DNA from: a virus
Taxonomy: Duplodnaviria; Heunggongvirae; Uroviricota; Caudoviricetes
Direction: 5' to 3' (one strand)
DNA: 64,000 bases
IMG/VR virus record: IMGVR_UViG_3300045988_149498
Shown: piece by piece, positions 55,187-64,000 of the stretch
How the letters are laid out: the number at the start of each line of letters is the position of its first letter
How positions within the stretch are numbered: position 1 is the first letter of the stretch
Notes under the pieces: generated by a model
The model's input: the letters and a program-made list of their open reading frames with translations, nothing else
What the model was told of the DNA's origin: nothing
Databases searched by the model: none
Made by a program: the position numbers and the translations under genes

Positions 55187-55353
55187 TCTTTTTCTATTAT
55201 ATAGTACGTAGCCGGGTTCCAGAACCGCATAAAATTAGATCTGGATATAATTCATTTAATTATCTGTTATATGCCAAACATAACGATATATAATAGTGGA
55301 TTAGATGTTACAACTTGACGCAGAATAAATAGCTTTTATTGGCGCATGATGCA

Positions 55354-55376
55354 AACCCCGCAATGAAGCGGGGTTT
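55354..55376 (+). terminator. Terminator hairpin between convergent islet genes
   Basis: AACCCCGC-AATGAA-GCGGGGTT followed by TT. Confidence 0.5.
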
Positions 55377-55393
55377 TAACTGTGGTAAATGAG

Positions 55394-55762
55394 TTATAAT
55401 CTTTTAATCAGGCTCTCAATATTAGTTGGTTCAAAGTAATGCTTATTAACCTCTCCATTTATGAGGAAACCGTCTTTTAGTAGTCGGTCTAGCTCACGCT
55501 CTGCTTCTTTGTTGAACATACCTGGATATATTCTCTTGTACAACTGAAATGTACCATTCATATTCCTGTAAGCATTCTCAGCAATTTCAATGGATATTTC
55601 ATTTCCGGCGTTAAATACAGGAATGAATATCTCAAGAATATCATTCTTTAACTTCTGTTTAAGTTTCTTTTTTTCAACAATATTAGAATAAAAGATACCT
55701 AAAAAAAATGTGCAGATACCAGGAAGCCAATTATTAACGAAAACCTCAGACAAAGCGTCCAC
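55394..55762 (-). CDS. Small membrane-anchored protein of unknown function, 122 aa
   Basis: GTG start 9 nt after GGAG; N-terminal TM helix WLPGICTFFLGIFYSNIV; AT-rich; convergent with dGTPase gene. Confidence 0.5.
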   Translation of the reverse strand: MDALSEVFVNNWLPGICTFFLGIFYSNIVEKKKLKQKLKNDILEIFIPVFNAGNEISIEIAENAYRNMNGTFQLYKRIYPGMFNKEAERELDRLLKDGFLINGEVNKHYFEPTNIESLIKRL

Positions 55763-55968
55763 TATCTTACTCCAGAGTTAAGATTGATTCTCATAACGCA
55801 CAAACTCCGTTCAAGGCGATTTTTATATTACAAACTATACATAAACGCCGATCAATATCTCCAGATTTTGTGTGCCTGTGCATGAATATGCACTAATCAT
55901 AATCGACCAGAACTTCCGTTAATCGCTAAACTCGAAGGATTCTAGCCACATAGACGATCTGTTAGTAT

Positions 55969-56277
55969 CTAATATACAAACTGATCCACATGATCACCCA
56001 AATCATCGTCGTCGTCCTCATCGCCACCATCTACTGCTGGCCAATCAACAAACCAGCCAGCGTAAAGATGCAGCGTTCGGAGAACATCACTTGCGGGAGC
56101 ATCAAGGGTGTTAACGAATCCCATATAGCTATTGGGATTTGCCCCTGCTATGGCTTCAGCGATCATGTCCTCGGTAATGTCACCGGAGATAATGCTTAAA
56201 CGCCCGGAAACTTCTTCATTATCATCAAATTCGATAATGGCATCTCCGCCTAATGGCGCTGCGATTTTAATCTGCAT
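55969..56277 (-). CDS. Highly acidic small protein (102 aa), last gene of darA operon
   Basis: Start overlaps ddrB stop; C-terminal DGGDEDDDDDLGDHVD; very low predicted pI. Confidence 0.55.
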   Translation of the reverse strand: MQIKIAAPLGGDAIIEFDDNEEVSGRLSIISGDITEDMIAEAIAGANPNSYMGFVNTLDAPASDVLRTLHLYAGWFVDWPAVDGGDEDDDDDLGDHVDQFVY

Positions 56278-59254
56278 TATTTAGCTCCTTTGCCACACCT
56301 AATAACAGTTCCAGCAATCCGTCACCATTCATCAGTGATGCGGCAGCGGCCTCTTTGTCATGATACAACTGAAGAGCCATAGAGAATACTTCCGTTGCTG
56401 ACGTTTTGGAAATAGTCGGTGATTTCTGCCGAATTTTCCCGGTGTTACTTACTGAGGCTGGCGGGTATACCTTCGCCATATAAATATTACTCAATCGAGA
56501 TCTGAAGCACCATTCAGGCTTGCCACGCCCACCGATATTAACGAAAGATGGCTTATCCCCTTCAACATTGGCCTTCAGGAATGACCGGGCTTTCTCTAAC
56601 AAACCAGGGTTACTGTACTCAAGATGATGACCCAGCTCGTGCCACAGTGCACTTGCATTTTCATCGTTCAAATTGACAGCAACAACACCATTAAGATTTG
56701 CATATGCCCTTCCCTGGTGGTGAACCACCTTTGATAAGGTCGAAATTTTACCGCCGGTCAGGCGATAAATATCAGCAAGTTCCTTGCGCAGGTCTATCCC
56801 ACCATTCTGTCCAGCGCGGGCTTCTTCCACTTCTTCCGTGATAAAAGAGTCGGCCCACTCAAGAGCTTTTTCTTCAGATACGGATGAGTTTGCGATCGCA
56901 CTGTTCATGGCAGATAACACTTTCTCGTGGACCGAACCCATACTTCGCTGATTCATTTGCCAGCGTGTCTGCGGGTTATATGAGAATCGCTTAAGTAGTT
57001 GGTCAAGCTGCTCAAGTTCTTCTTCACTGACATACCTTTTAGCCTCACCAATAATGCCAGGGAGAATATTGCCGTTAGGATTAAACGCTCGCGAAAGGAA
57101 GAGTTTCAGTGCCCCCATGCCCTCCGATGCTTCAATATCACCAATAACCCGGTTAACAATGGCCGCACTCTTCGGATTAGCATCCGCCAACGCTCTGGTT
57201 ACGATTTGCAGGGACGATACGACCTCACGCTGCATATCAGTCCTGATCTCATCAATAAACTCTGGCGTTATGCCGTGCTCTTTAAGGATATCCCGGCCTT
57301 CCGCCGTTACCCCATCGATATCACCGACATGTTTATTAACACGACTTTGCAATGCCTTAAATGCCTTCAGAATTCCACGGGCATCATCCGCTTTACTAAC
57401 GGCCTTCCTGAATGCTGTCAAGAAGTCTGAGTTAACCTCATTTTGTTGATCGGCCCACTGAATGGAGGCATCTTTCATCTCGTCCAGAGTCAGATCACCC
57501 AACGCGGTATGGTCTGTGAATATGAGCGACAACCTCTGAACCATTTCTGCCAATGGTGATGCCGAATGCGCCGCGCTAAGGAATGCTTTCACCCTGGTTG
57601 GGCGAATGGAAAACCAGTCAATAGCTGGTGGCATATCTCCGTTTTTTATCGCCTGCGCTATCTCGTCAAAGCCATCGCGCCCAAGGGAGGATGCGTGATT
57701 TAACAAGCCGCGAAGTAACGAATTGCTGATACCGAATAATCGGCACCATTTTTTCACGTCGGCAACAGGCATTCGAACAAAATGCGCAAGCACTTGTACA
57801 AGCTGTTCATCATGGGGATCTGTACGGGAAAGCAGCCTGATCAGATGAATAATGTCTTTGATGCCGGATGCCCGATGTAATAGCAAACTGGTATATGGAG
57901 CAACACCGTTGTAACTACCGCCGGAAACGGACTCGAAAAGACCGCCGGATATCCCTTGCATGCCTTCGTTTTCCAGTTCCTGAGACACCTGGCGAAGGAT
58001 ATCCTGTAACGACACATCACCACCGCCAAACATATCCCCCAGCGCCTGGCCCTGGTGCTGTAACTCATCATTTATACGTTGTGCCATCAATTTAAAGGCG
58101 GTGGCCATACGCTTCGCGCTACGGTTATTCGCGACGATGAACAACGCGAGAGCTTTCACTTCCGGGGCTGTTTCGCTGAACATATCCCCCTGAGCAATAA
58201 CATCGGTAATATGTTGGCCTGACTCCTTCGATTGCCTTACCAGGTCTACCGCATCTTTCAATGCCGCCAGCGCCTTTTTATCGAGGCTATCCGCTGTTTC
58301 AATGCCATCAACGATAGTTGTCACAGCCTGCTTGTGCGCTTCTCCTGATAAAGCCTGCATCTGGACAAAATCATTGGCTGCCGCATTAAGCGCCGTCAGA
58401 ACATTACGCATATCCGGATCAGGTTCTTCTGCAACCATCCTTACCAGGCGCGCATCCTTATATGCCTTGGCAAAGATCGCGTTTTGTATACGGTCTACAA
58501 GTTGCCGTGTTGGTCGCCCATCTTCCGTTACAAGGCCAGCAGCCTGTGTGGCACCAACTTGCGTCATGAATCCGCGGATAAACGCGTCATTACTGCGGCT
58601 AAGCAGATCTCCGCTTTCTGATGGGTTAAACAGCGCCATCATCGCCGGAGTTATGCTGTCGGCATCAACAAAAGCCTTTTCACTGGCTGCCATTTCCTGA
58701 AGATCAGAAATATTTGAGTCCTTGGCAAACTGAACGCGGTCAACCTTAGTTAACCGGCGGCGCACCAGTACCGGAGCCGCCATTGATTCAACCTTTTCAG
58801 GTCGTATGCCGAATTCGGTCGCATGATCAATCAGGTACTCACGATACCGATCCGCATTGCCGTCCTGATAGGCTTTGATGATCCCCATGGTCCGTCCATT
58901 ACCTGACTCAACGGCATTGTCCTCACCAATTATCGGCGCTCCATGGCTGGATAAACCGGAATCGGTAAGCTGAGCAGGCCGCAAATCCTTGGATATCTGG
59001 TTAACCTGAAGAAGGCTGGATGCGCGGGTCCGGTCGCGCGGCTGAAGTTCCTGGGGATAGTCCGGATTAATTTTCCCGTCCAGAGTATTGGATACCAAAA
59101 GAGCTGAGGCATCGACGATATCAAACGCTGTTTTTACCTCGTCTCCCTTCGCTGTCACCACATACGAAACCCGCCCGAAATCGGGCAGGTTTTTTAGCAG
59201 CTCGATCAGCGTTTCTATGCTGGTGGCCATTACCACCTGATCGCTTAAGCTCAT
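56267..59254 (-). CDS. ddrB: DdrB-like large protein of the darA operon, 995 aa
   Basis: Size and operon position (after darA-ddrA) as in P1; HExxH-like segment LWHELGHHLE. Confidence 0.6.
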   Translation of the reverse strand: MSLSDQVVMATSIETLIELLKNLPDFGRVSYVVTAKGDEVKTAFDIVDASALLVSNTLDGKINPDYPQELQPRDRTRASSLLQVNQISKDLRPAQLTDSGLSSHGAPIIGEDNAVESGNGRTMGIIKAYQDGNADRYREYLIDHATEFGIRPEKVESMAAPVLVRRRLTKVDRVQFAKDSNISDLQEMAASEKAFVDADSITPAMMALFNPSESGDLLSRSNDAFIRGFMTQVGATQAAGLVTEDGRPTRQLVDRIQNAIFAKAYKDARLVRMVAEEPDPDMRNVLTALNAAANDFVQMQALSGEAHKQAVTTIVDGIETADSLDKKALAALKDAVDLVRQSKESGQHITDVIAQGDMFSETAPEVKALALFIVANNRSAKRMATAFKLMAQRINDELQHQGQALGDMFGGGDVSLQDILRQVSQELENEGMQGISGGLFESVSGGSYNGVAPYTSLLLHRASGIKDIIHLIRLLSRTDPHDEQLVQVLAHFVRMPVADVKKWCRLFGISNSLLRGLLNHASSLGRDGFDEIAQAIKNGDMPPAIDWFSIRPTRVKAFLSAAHSASPLAEMVQRLSLIFTDHTALGDLTLDEMKDASIQWADQQNEVNSDFLTAFRKAVSKADDARGILKAFKALQSRVNKHVGDIDGVTAEGRDILKEHGITPEFIDEIRTDMQREVVSSLQIVTRALADANPKSAAIVNRVIGDIEASEGMGALKLFLSRAFNPNGNILPGIIGEAKRYVSEEELEQLDQLLKRFSYNPQTRWQMNQRSMGSVHEKVLSAMNSAIANSSVSEEKALEWADSFITEEVEEARAGQNGGIDLRKELADIYRLTGGKISTLSKVVHHQGRAYANLNGVVAVNLNDENASALWHELGHHLEYSNPGLLEKARSFLKANVEGDKPSFVNIGGRGKPEWCFRSRLSNIYMAKVYPPASVSNTGKIRQKSPTISKTSATEVFSMALQLYHDKEAAAASLMNGDGLLELLLGVAKELNNAD

Positions 59255-59266
59255 CCCTGTTACGCC

Positions 59267-59632
59267 TTATGCTGCCTCTTTAATGTTGGCGGCTATCCAT
59301 GCCGCCGTGTGCTGTTTAACCTGGTCCAGGTCGATGTATGTGCCAACATATTGACTCAAGTCCTGTAACGTACCGATAAATGCATCAGTGCTCTGATCGA
59401 CGAATTTATCAGCCAGGAATTCAGCAACCAGTTTTGGCACACCATCATGTTCCGAAGGTTGTTTTTCTTCGCCACTACCGCCGCCAGACGCGCCGTACCC
59501 CATCTGTTGCATGATCTGGTCAATTTCATCGCTGATATCCAGCAACTCCATGCCACTCGCGGTAGCCGCTTTGGACATCAGAGCATCCAACTTATCGCTG
59601 AGGTCCATTAACTCAATCGCTGATAGTGTCAT
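59267..59632 (-). CDS. ddrA: DdrA-like small acidic protein, 121 aa
   Basis: ATGA overlap with darA stop; operon position. Confidence 0.55.
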   Translation of the reverse strand: MTLSAIELMDLSDKLDALMSKAATASGMELLDISDEIDQIMQQMGYGASGGGSGEEKQPSEHDGVPKLVAEFLADKFVDQSTDAFIGTLQDLSQYVGTYIDLDQVKQHTAAWIAANIKEAA

Positions 59633-61548
59633 GCCGCTACCCCCGCTTTCTGGATTGCTACCAGCAGATCAGCCAGGTGGCGAGCTGCGCCATTAACCAG
59701 CTCTTCGTTTTCCTCAAAACGCCCGGCAGCCTGAAGGGCTGCAATCGCTTCCCGGACATTACCCCGGGCGTTACGGATCTCCGCCATGTCAGTGCTTTGC
59801 ATATCCATCACGCTATTGAGATATTCAATGGCTTTATTAGCCTCTGCATCTGCTTCGCTAACCGTTTCATCAGGCTGTGCCGGGACCGGTTCTGGTTGAG
59901 TAATCTCACCGACTTCGGCCTGCAATGCATTGATCATGCTCTGCACCATTTTCTCGATGCCAGCGCCCCCTGGAAACGCAATATTGGGGAAAGTTTTTTG
60001 AAACTGAGTTTTCAGCATTACGCGGAACTCGTCTGGTGAGCTGGTGGCCAGCTCCAGAGCTTTTTGTGCATATTTGCCAAACGGACCATTAGTAAGTGTC
60101 TTCGCCAGGAAGTCGAAAGAATCCTCGCGAGGCAATAACTTCAGGTCGTACTCACTCATTTGCTGATCAGAAAGCGGGGTATCGTAAGTAACAATGCCGT
60201 AGCGTGCATATTCATAATACGGGTCACCTTCATCAGGGCGCGGCAGAATTGCTTTGTTACCTTCAGGTATTGCGCCAGGGGCCGCCGGACGCATTTGCAG
60301 GGCATATCGATATGCACCTACAGAGACTTCTGGTTCAGGCAAAGAGCTACCGGTATCCTCCGCTGATTCAGGTTCGACGTTTTCCGGTTTATGTTCTTCT
60401 GGTTGGACCAGATATTCCGATACATTACCCGCTTTATAGGCTTTAAACAGCTTGCCGATCGCATCTGCCATGTCCACACCCTGTATGGATTTAGCCTTGA
60501 TCATGTACACGCTGCCATCCGAATCGGTTAACTGGATATACCCTTCGCCGTCCTCAATGAATTGCTTCATTGATGCACCATTACTGAGCGTCACTTCCCC
60601 GTTCATATGCATACGATTTTTGATACTGGCAAGGCGATCCGTCATCGCGCGAGAGTGTCCACCAGTCATCCCCGCAGGAGCAATGGTTTCGCGTCCACCA
60701 GTGCGATTGAGCTGATCAATCTCCGTCTGCAAACGCTCATTCTCTTCATAAAGAGAATCCGCTTCCGATGCAACAGCGTTAATTTTCTGCTCCAGATCTA
60801 CCTTCTGCCCTTCTACCGCTGCCACCTGATCCGCGAGGTCACTCATGGCATCCTCTTTCTGGTCACTATCAGCCTGTAGTTGGGTTATTTCATCAACCAG
60901 GGCTTTTTTCTTCTTCTGCGCACGCTGGAATTTTGCCGAGTTTTTCTCTGCAAGGTTGGCAAGTTTCATGGTGACCTGCGCCAGCGTCATATCACGTCCA
61001 CTCATCGGAGCAACGGTATGAGTAACGTCTTTTTTATTCAGTAAGAACTGGAAAGCAACCAGCGTATCGCTATTGGTGATCCGGTTTTCCGCTGTCGGGC
61101 TATGAAACAGAATGCTGATAGTCTGACCATCACTGAGCGGAATAATGGCCGGCAGGACCGGCAGCCCGTTAACGTTACGTGCCCGGCCAATTTCAGCCCC
61201 GCCGATCGCGCGTGCACCGTTCTGGGCCACATCCCCCGTTTTATCACTCCCCGCAGAGATTCCGGTACCATTCAGCTTCTGGTTCAATGCCCGGACAAAT
61301 GCCTGCATGGTCCGGTGTAGCTGCAAACGAGTAGAACTAATCGCCTCCAGTAAATCCGTAGCACACCAGTGGATCGGCGTGTCATAGAAGAACGTAGCCT
61401 CGATTTCTTCCAGGGTGTTGGATTCCGTCATCAGATAGCGGTCCTCACCGGCCATTAATGCGCGATATTCATCATCAGTCACCGGCTGGGGAAGCACGTC
61501 AAGCCCAGGTTTGATCGTCACCCCTTTATTGATATTGAACTGTTCCAT
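59629..61548 (-). CDS. darA: DarA antirestriction/head-associated protein, 639 aa
   Basis: Size matches P1 DarA; shares AEKNSAKFQRA segment with upstream paralog Hdf. Confidence 0.85.
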   Translation of the reverse strand: MEQFNINKGVTIKPGLDVLPQPVTDDEYRALMAGEDRYLMTESNTLEEIEATFFYDTPIHWCATDLLEAISSTRLQLHRTMQAFVRALNQKLNGTGISAGSDKTGDVAQNGARAIGGAEIGRARNVNGLPVLPAIIPLSDGQTISILFHSPTAENRITNSDTLVAFQFLLNKKDVTHTVAPMSGRDMTLAQVTMKLANLAEKNSAKFQRAQKKKKALVDEITQLQADSDQKEDAMSDLADQVAAVEGQKVDLEQKINAVASEADSLYEENERLQTEIDQLNRTGGRETIAPAGMTGGHSRAMTDRLASIKNRMHMNGEVTLSNGASMKQFIEDGEGYIQLTDSDGSVYMIKAKSIQGVDMADAIGKLFKAYKAGNVSEYLVQPEEHKPENVEPESAEDTGSSLPEPEVSVGAYRYALQMRPAAPGAIPEGNKAILPRPDEGDPYYEYARYGIVTYDTPLSDQQMSEYDLKLLPREDSFDFLAKTLTNGPFGKYAQKALELATSSPDEFRVMLKTQFQKTFPNIAFPGGAGIEKMVQSMINALQAEVGEITQPEPVPAQPDETVSEADAEANKAIEYLNSVMDMQSTDMAEIRNARGNVREAIAALQAAGRFEENEELVNGAARHLADLLVAIQKAGVAA

Positions 61549-61549
61549 G

Positions 61550-62161
61550 TTAATTTCCTGCTTTCAGTTGCTTAAGACGGCGTTTGAGTTCGCCATTTCG
61601 GGCCTTTTCGTTATTGAGTCGGCCTGTCTCCTTATCCAGCTTCGCCCGCAAATCAGTGATCTGCTGTTGAGTGAAAGACACCGAGTTCTGCGCTGATTTA
61701 TAAGCGGCAACCACCTGAGCATTCCGCTGTTTTGCCTCTTGCAGGCGCTGAAAGTTGGATTTTACTGCCGGTTTCTTGTCTACCGGATTGGCAACACGTT
61801 TCGCTTTGGCGATCAGTGATTTCTGGAATTTTGCGGAGTTTTTGCGGGCCGCTTGCCCCATGACGGTACCAAGCGTCTTGATATCCGGCGACTGAGCGTT
61901 AGGAATAGCTTTTCCATTCAGCTTCACAGACGATATATCGCCAGTATCGTTTACCTGTATGGCAAGAATTTGTCCGTCGTTAAGAACCAGCTTTGCGGTT
62001 TTAACTTTAACGCCATCTTTCGTTGTTGCGCGGTTGCTGGAGTCAACCTCAATTACCGTAACACCGGTTTTATTGATCGCCGCGATAAGGGATTTCAGCC
62101 CCTTTTCATTAACCTGGTCAAAATCGACCGTTGCATACTTATTTTTCGTCATCTGACACAT
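61550..62161 (-). CDS. hdf: Hdf, homolog of DarA fragment; start may be M4
   Basis: Segment GQILAIQVND...ARKNSAKFQKS paralogous to DarA. Confidence 0.8.
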   Translation of the reverse strand: MCQMTKNKYATVDFDQVNEKGLKSLIAAINKTGVTVIEVDSSNRATTKDGVKVKTAKLVLNDGQILAIQVNDTGDISSVKLNGKAIPNAQSPDIKTLGTVMGQAARKNSAKFQKSLIAKAKRVANPVDKKPAVKSNFQRLQEAKQRNAQVVAAYKSAQNSVSFTQQQITDLRAKLDKETGRLNNEKARNGELKRRLKQLKAGN

Positions 62162-62582
62162 CCTGTGCGAGATTTATTACGTAACTTCTGCGGATTTGCT
62201 GAGTAACAGGGAAAATCCGATACAACGGGTTAATGAACGAGTCGCCATGCGTAACCATGACGTTGAAATGCCACAGTCGCTCTCCTTTACCCATATATTC
62301 AGTGGGTATGTACAACCATTCACTGTTTTCGCCCTGTTCAGCCGACGTCAGACAACGTTGTTCACCTTCAATCACTGTCGTCGGCTTCTGAACATCGCGG
62401 ATCCAATATCTGACCGTTGCGCCGCGCAAAAACGGGAATTTAGACCGGTACTTGAACGGCACCCGGATGAAACCCGGTTTAATTTCCACATCACCAAGTT
62501 CTAAATGCGTGATGTCCTTGCGTTTTAGCAAATAGCGATCGGCTAAGGCTAACGCAAGAACGCATACACCCCAGCCAATCAT
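62139..62582 (-). CDS. lydB: Putative antiholin, 147 aa
   Basis: Second gene of operon, ATGA overlap with holin gene. Confidence 0.6.
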   Translation of the reverse strand: MIGWGVCVLALALADRYLLKRKDITHLELGDVEIKPGFIRVPFKYRSKFPFLRGATVRYWIRDVQKPTTVIEGEQRCLTSAEQGENSEWLYIPTEYMGKGERLWHFNVMVTHGDSFINPLYRIFPVTQQIRRSYVINLAQDVSDDEK

Positions 62583-62908
62583 TTCCCGCCTCCCTTTTTC
62601 ACCAAACTTGTAAGAACATTCAGAATGCTATCGATATTCACTCGTTTCATCCCTGAAATCACCTCATGACCGTTATTGCTGGCTATCGTTACCATTAAGT
62701 ACGTAATTGATAACTCCCAGCCCTCGTGTTGCCCCAATAGGTACGCCACCGCGCCAGCTGTCACTGCAACAAAGATCTCCGTAACCAATCCCAACAAATT
62801 GCCAGACTGGCGACCGTCTCGGACATCCATCAGGAACGTGCCTATCCCACCAATTACTGAAAGCAGGAGCGCAATAGCAACTGGAGCTAATTCCTGTGTG
62901 TCAAGCAC
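62579..62908 (-). CDS. lydA: Holin, 109 aa with three hydrophobic segments
   Basis: TM-rich product; first gene after late-promoter-like motif. Confidence 0.65.
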   Translation of the reverse strand: MLDTQELAPVAIALLLSVIGGIGTFLMDVRDGRQSGNLLGLVTEIFVAVTAGAVAYLLGQHEGWELSITYLMVTIASNNGHEVISGMKRVNIDSILNVLTSLVKKGGGK

Positions 62909-62962
62909 AAGTTCCCTCCTACGTTGTCAGGAGGTAATGGTATGCAAAGTAACTTCTCAACC

Positions 62963-62973
62963 GGTCATTTGTT
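62963..62973 (-). promoter_or_regulatory. Late-promoter-like motif AACAAATGACC upstream of lydA (minus strand)
   Basis: About 55 nt upstream of lydA start. Confidence 0.4.
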
Positions 62974-62975
62974 GC

Positions 62976-63257
62976 TTAAGAGGCATTTCTATTGAGGTAC
63001 GAATCAATAATCCTTTGTAACTTTTCAAGAATGAGCCTGTTATTGATGCTGCAAATAATAGTCACGCAATTCTGAAGACTTTCATCCATACCCTTATATT
63101 CCGCGAAATACATGCCTATAAAGCCTGCAAGTACGGCAGCAATACACTCGGCCATCAATTGCCTGCATGACGCTTCGTAACGTTTTTCACAAACCCCATT
63201 CAGAAACGAATGCACCCCGCCAAGGATGGAGAGGAGCATTATTGTGAAATCACACAT
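62976..63257 (-). CDS. Small membrane protein (holin-like), 93 aa
   Basis: Track ORF with two hydrophobic segments, upstream of lydA. Confidence 0.45.
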   Translation of the reverse strand: MCDFTIMLLSILGGVHSFLNGVCEKRYEASCRQLMAECIAAVLAGFIGMYFAEYKGMDESLQNCVTIICSINNRLILEKLQRIIDSYLNRNAS

Positions 63258-63384
63258 AACTATTTCCTTAATAGTGAATTAAATATCATTGGGAAACGGT
63301 ATGTACTTTGTGATTTCCACACATACTGGTTTTTGTTAATTAAAATCCGCAGCTTGCTATAAATAACGATAGTGAGCAGAAAAT

Positions 63385-63945
63385 ATGCTAATAGGCTATG
63401 TACGCGTATCAACAAATGAACAAAACACTGCTTTACAACGAAACGCTCTTGAAAGCGCAGGATGTGAGCTAATTTTTGAGGACAAGGCGAGCGGCAAAAA
63501 GGCTGAGCGCCCTGGGTTAAAAAAGGTACTCCGTATGCTTTCCAGAGGTGATACCCTGGTCGTATGGAAGTTAGATCGTCTTGGGCGCAGCATGCGTCAC
63601 TTAGTTGTGCTGGTGGAAGAGCTGCGTGACAGAGGCATTAACTTCCGGAGTCTCACTGACTCCATCGACACCAGTACACCAATGGGGCGCTTTTTCTTTC
63701 ACGTAATGGGGGCGCTGGCAGAAATGGAACGTGAACTTATTGTTGAACGTACACGCGCTGGACTTGATGCAGCTCGCGCAGAAGGTCGAATAGGTGGGCG
63801 TCGGCCTAAATACCAGAAAGAAACATGGCAGCAAATGCGGCGATTGCTGGAGAAGGGCATCCCCCGTAAGCAGGTTGCAATCATCTATGATGTGGCTGTT
63901 TCCACTCTTTATAAGAAGTTTCCGGCGTCATCATTTCAATCCTAA
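63385..63945 (+). CDS. cin: Cin serine DNA invertase
   Basis: 186-aa resolvase/invertase MLIGYVRVSTNEQNTALQRNALE...; recognised as P1 Cin. Confidence 0.95.
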   Translation: MLIGYVRVSTNEQNTALQRNALESAGCELIFEDKASGKKAERPGLKKVLRMLSRGDTLVVWKLDRLGRSMRHLVVLVEELRDRGINFRSLTDSIDTSTPMGRFFFHVMGALAEMERELIVERTRAGLDAARAEGRIGGRRPKYQKETWQQMRRLLEKGIPRKQVAIIYDVAVSTLYKKFPASSFQS

Positions 63946-63962
63946 ACCTTGGTTTAAGAGAA
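63937..63962. other. cix inversion crossover site
   Basis: CAATCCTAAACC-TT-GGTTTAAGAGAA dyad overlapping cin stop codon. Confidence 0.7.
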
Positions 63963-64000
63963 CTCGGTACCAGCGGTGAAAAGATCCCCCTGTTGAGCAC

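Noticed and set aside
55187-55353. Possible small RNA or promoter in the very AT-rich spacer after the dGTPase gene
   Set aside because: Only AT-richness and scattered -10-like hexamers; no terminator-bounded unit or conserved structure could be defined.

Overview
The window is almost entirely a P1-like temperate phage-plasmid genome read across its circular-map zero point; two AT-rich substitutions in that conserved backbone are the best candidates for a novel system. All homology statements below come from motif reading and recall, not database searches.

Backbone, left to right:
- partial repA plus the oriR origin (DnaA boxes, five iterons, GATC cluster)
- hrdC and a fused C5/Dam methyltransferase (dmt), then tRNA-Asn, tRNA-Thr and tRNA-Ile with plp and the ban helicase
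- a minus-strand baseplate/tail block
- a long run of small, translationally coupled accessory genes (lambda-type phosphatase ppp, Ea22-like paralogs, DUF551-like)
- humD behind a LexA box, the phd-doc addiction module, lpa-pacA-pacB with the 4+3 GATC-hexamer pac site
- the immunity region (c1, coi), a canonical 34-bp loxP, cra-cre, ref and mat
- the darB-ulx-lxc operon, prt-pro head genes, lyz, ssb
- the lydA-lydB-hdf-darA-ddrA-ddrB operon and cin with a cix site at the right edge

C1-operator-like 17-mers (ATTGCTCTAATAAATTT and variants) and a recurring late-promoter-like motif (AACAAGTGAC) sit at operon starts throughout.

The two substitutions fall where, as I recall, canonical P1 carries the EcoP1 res-mod genes and an IS1 insertion:
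1. A single 316-aa PIN-like nuclease-domain gene between mat and lxc (40781..41731, minus strand). This is my top candidate for an undescribed defence or abortive-infection gene.
2. An islet between ssb and the ddrB operon end holding a dGTP-triphosphohydrolase-family HD-domain gene (53831..55186) and a convergent small membrane protein.

Secondary items: a family of four paralogous long hairpins and a candidate C1-controlled structured RNA around the tRNA genes, several tiny hydrophobic peptide ORFs, and a very acidic small protein at the end of the darA antirestriction operon. No CRISPR array, IS element or rRNA was found.
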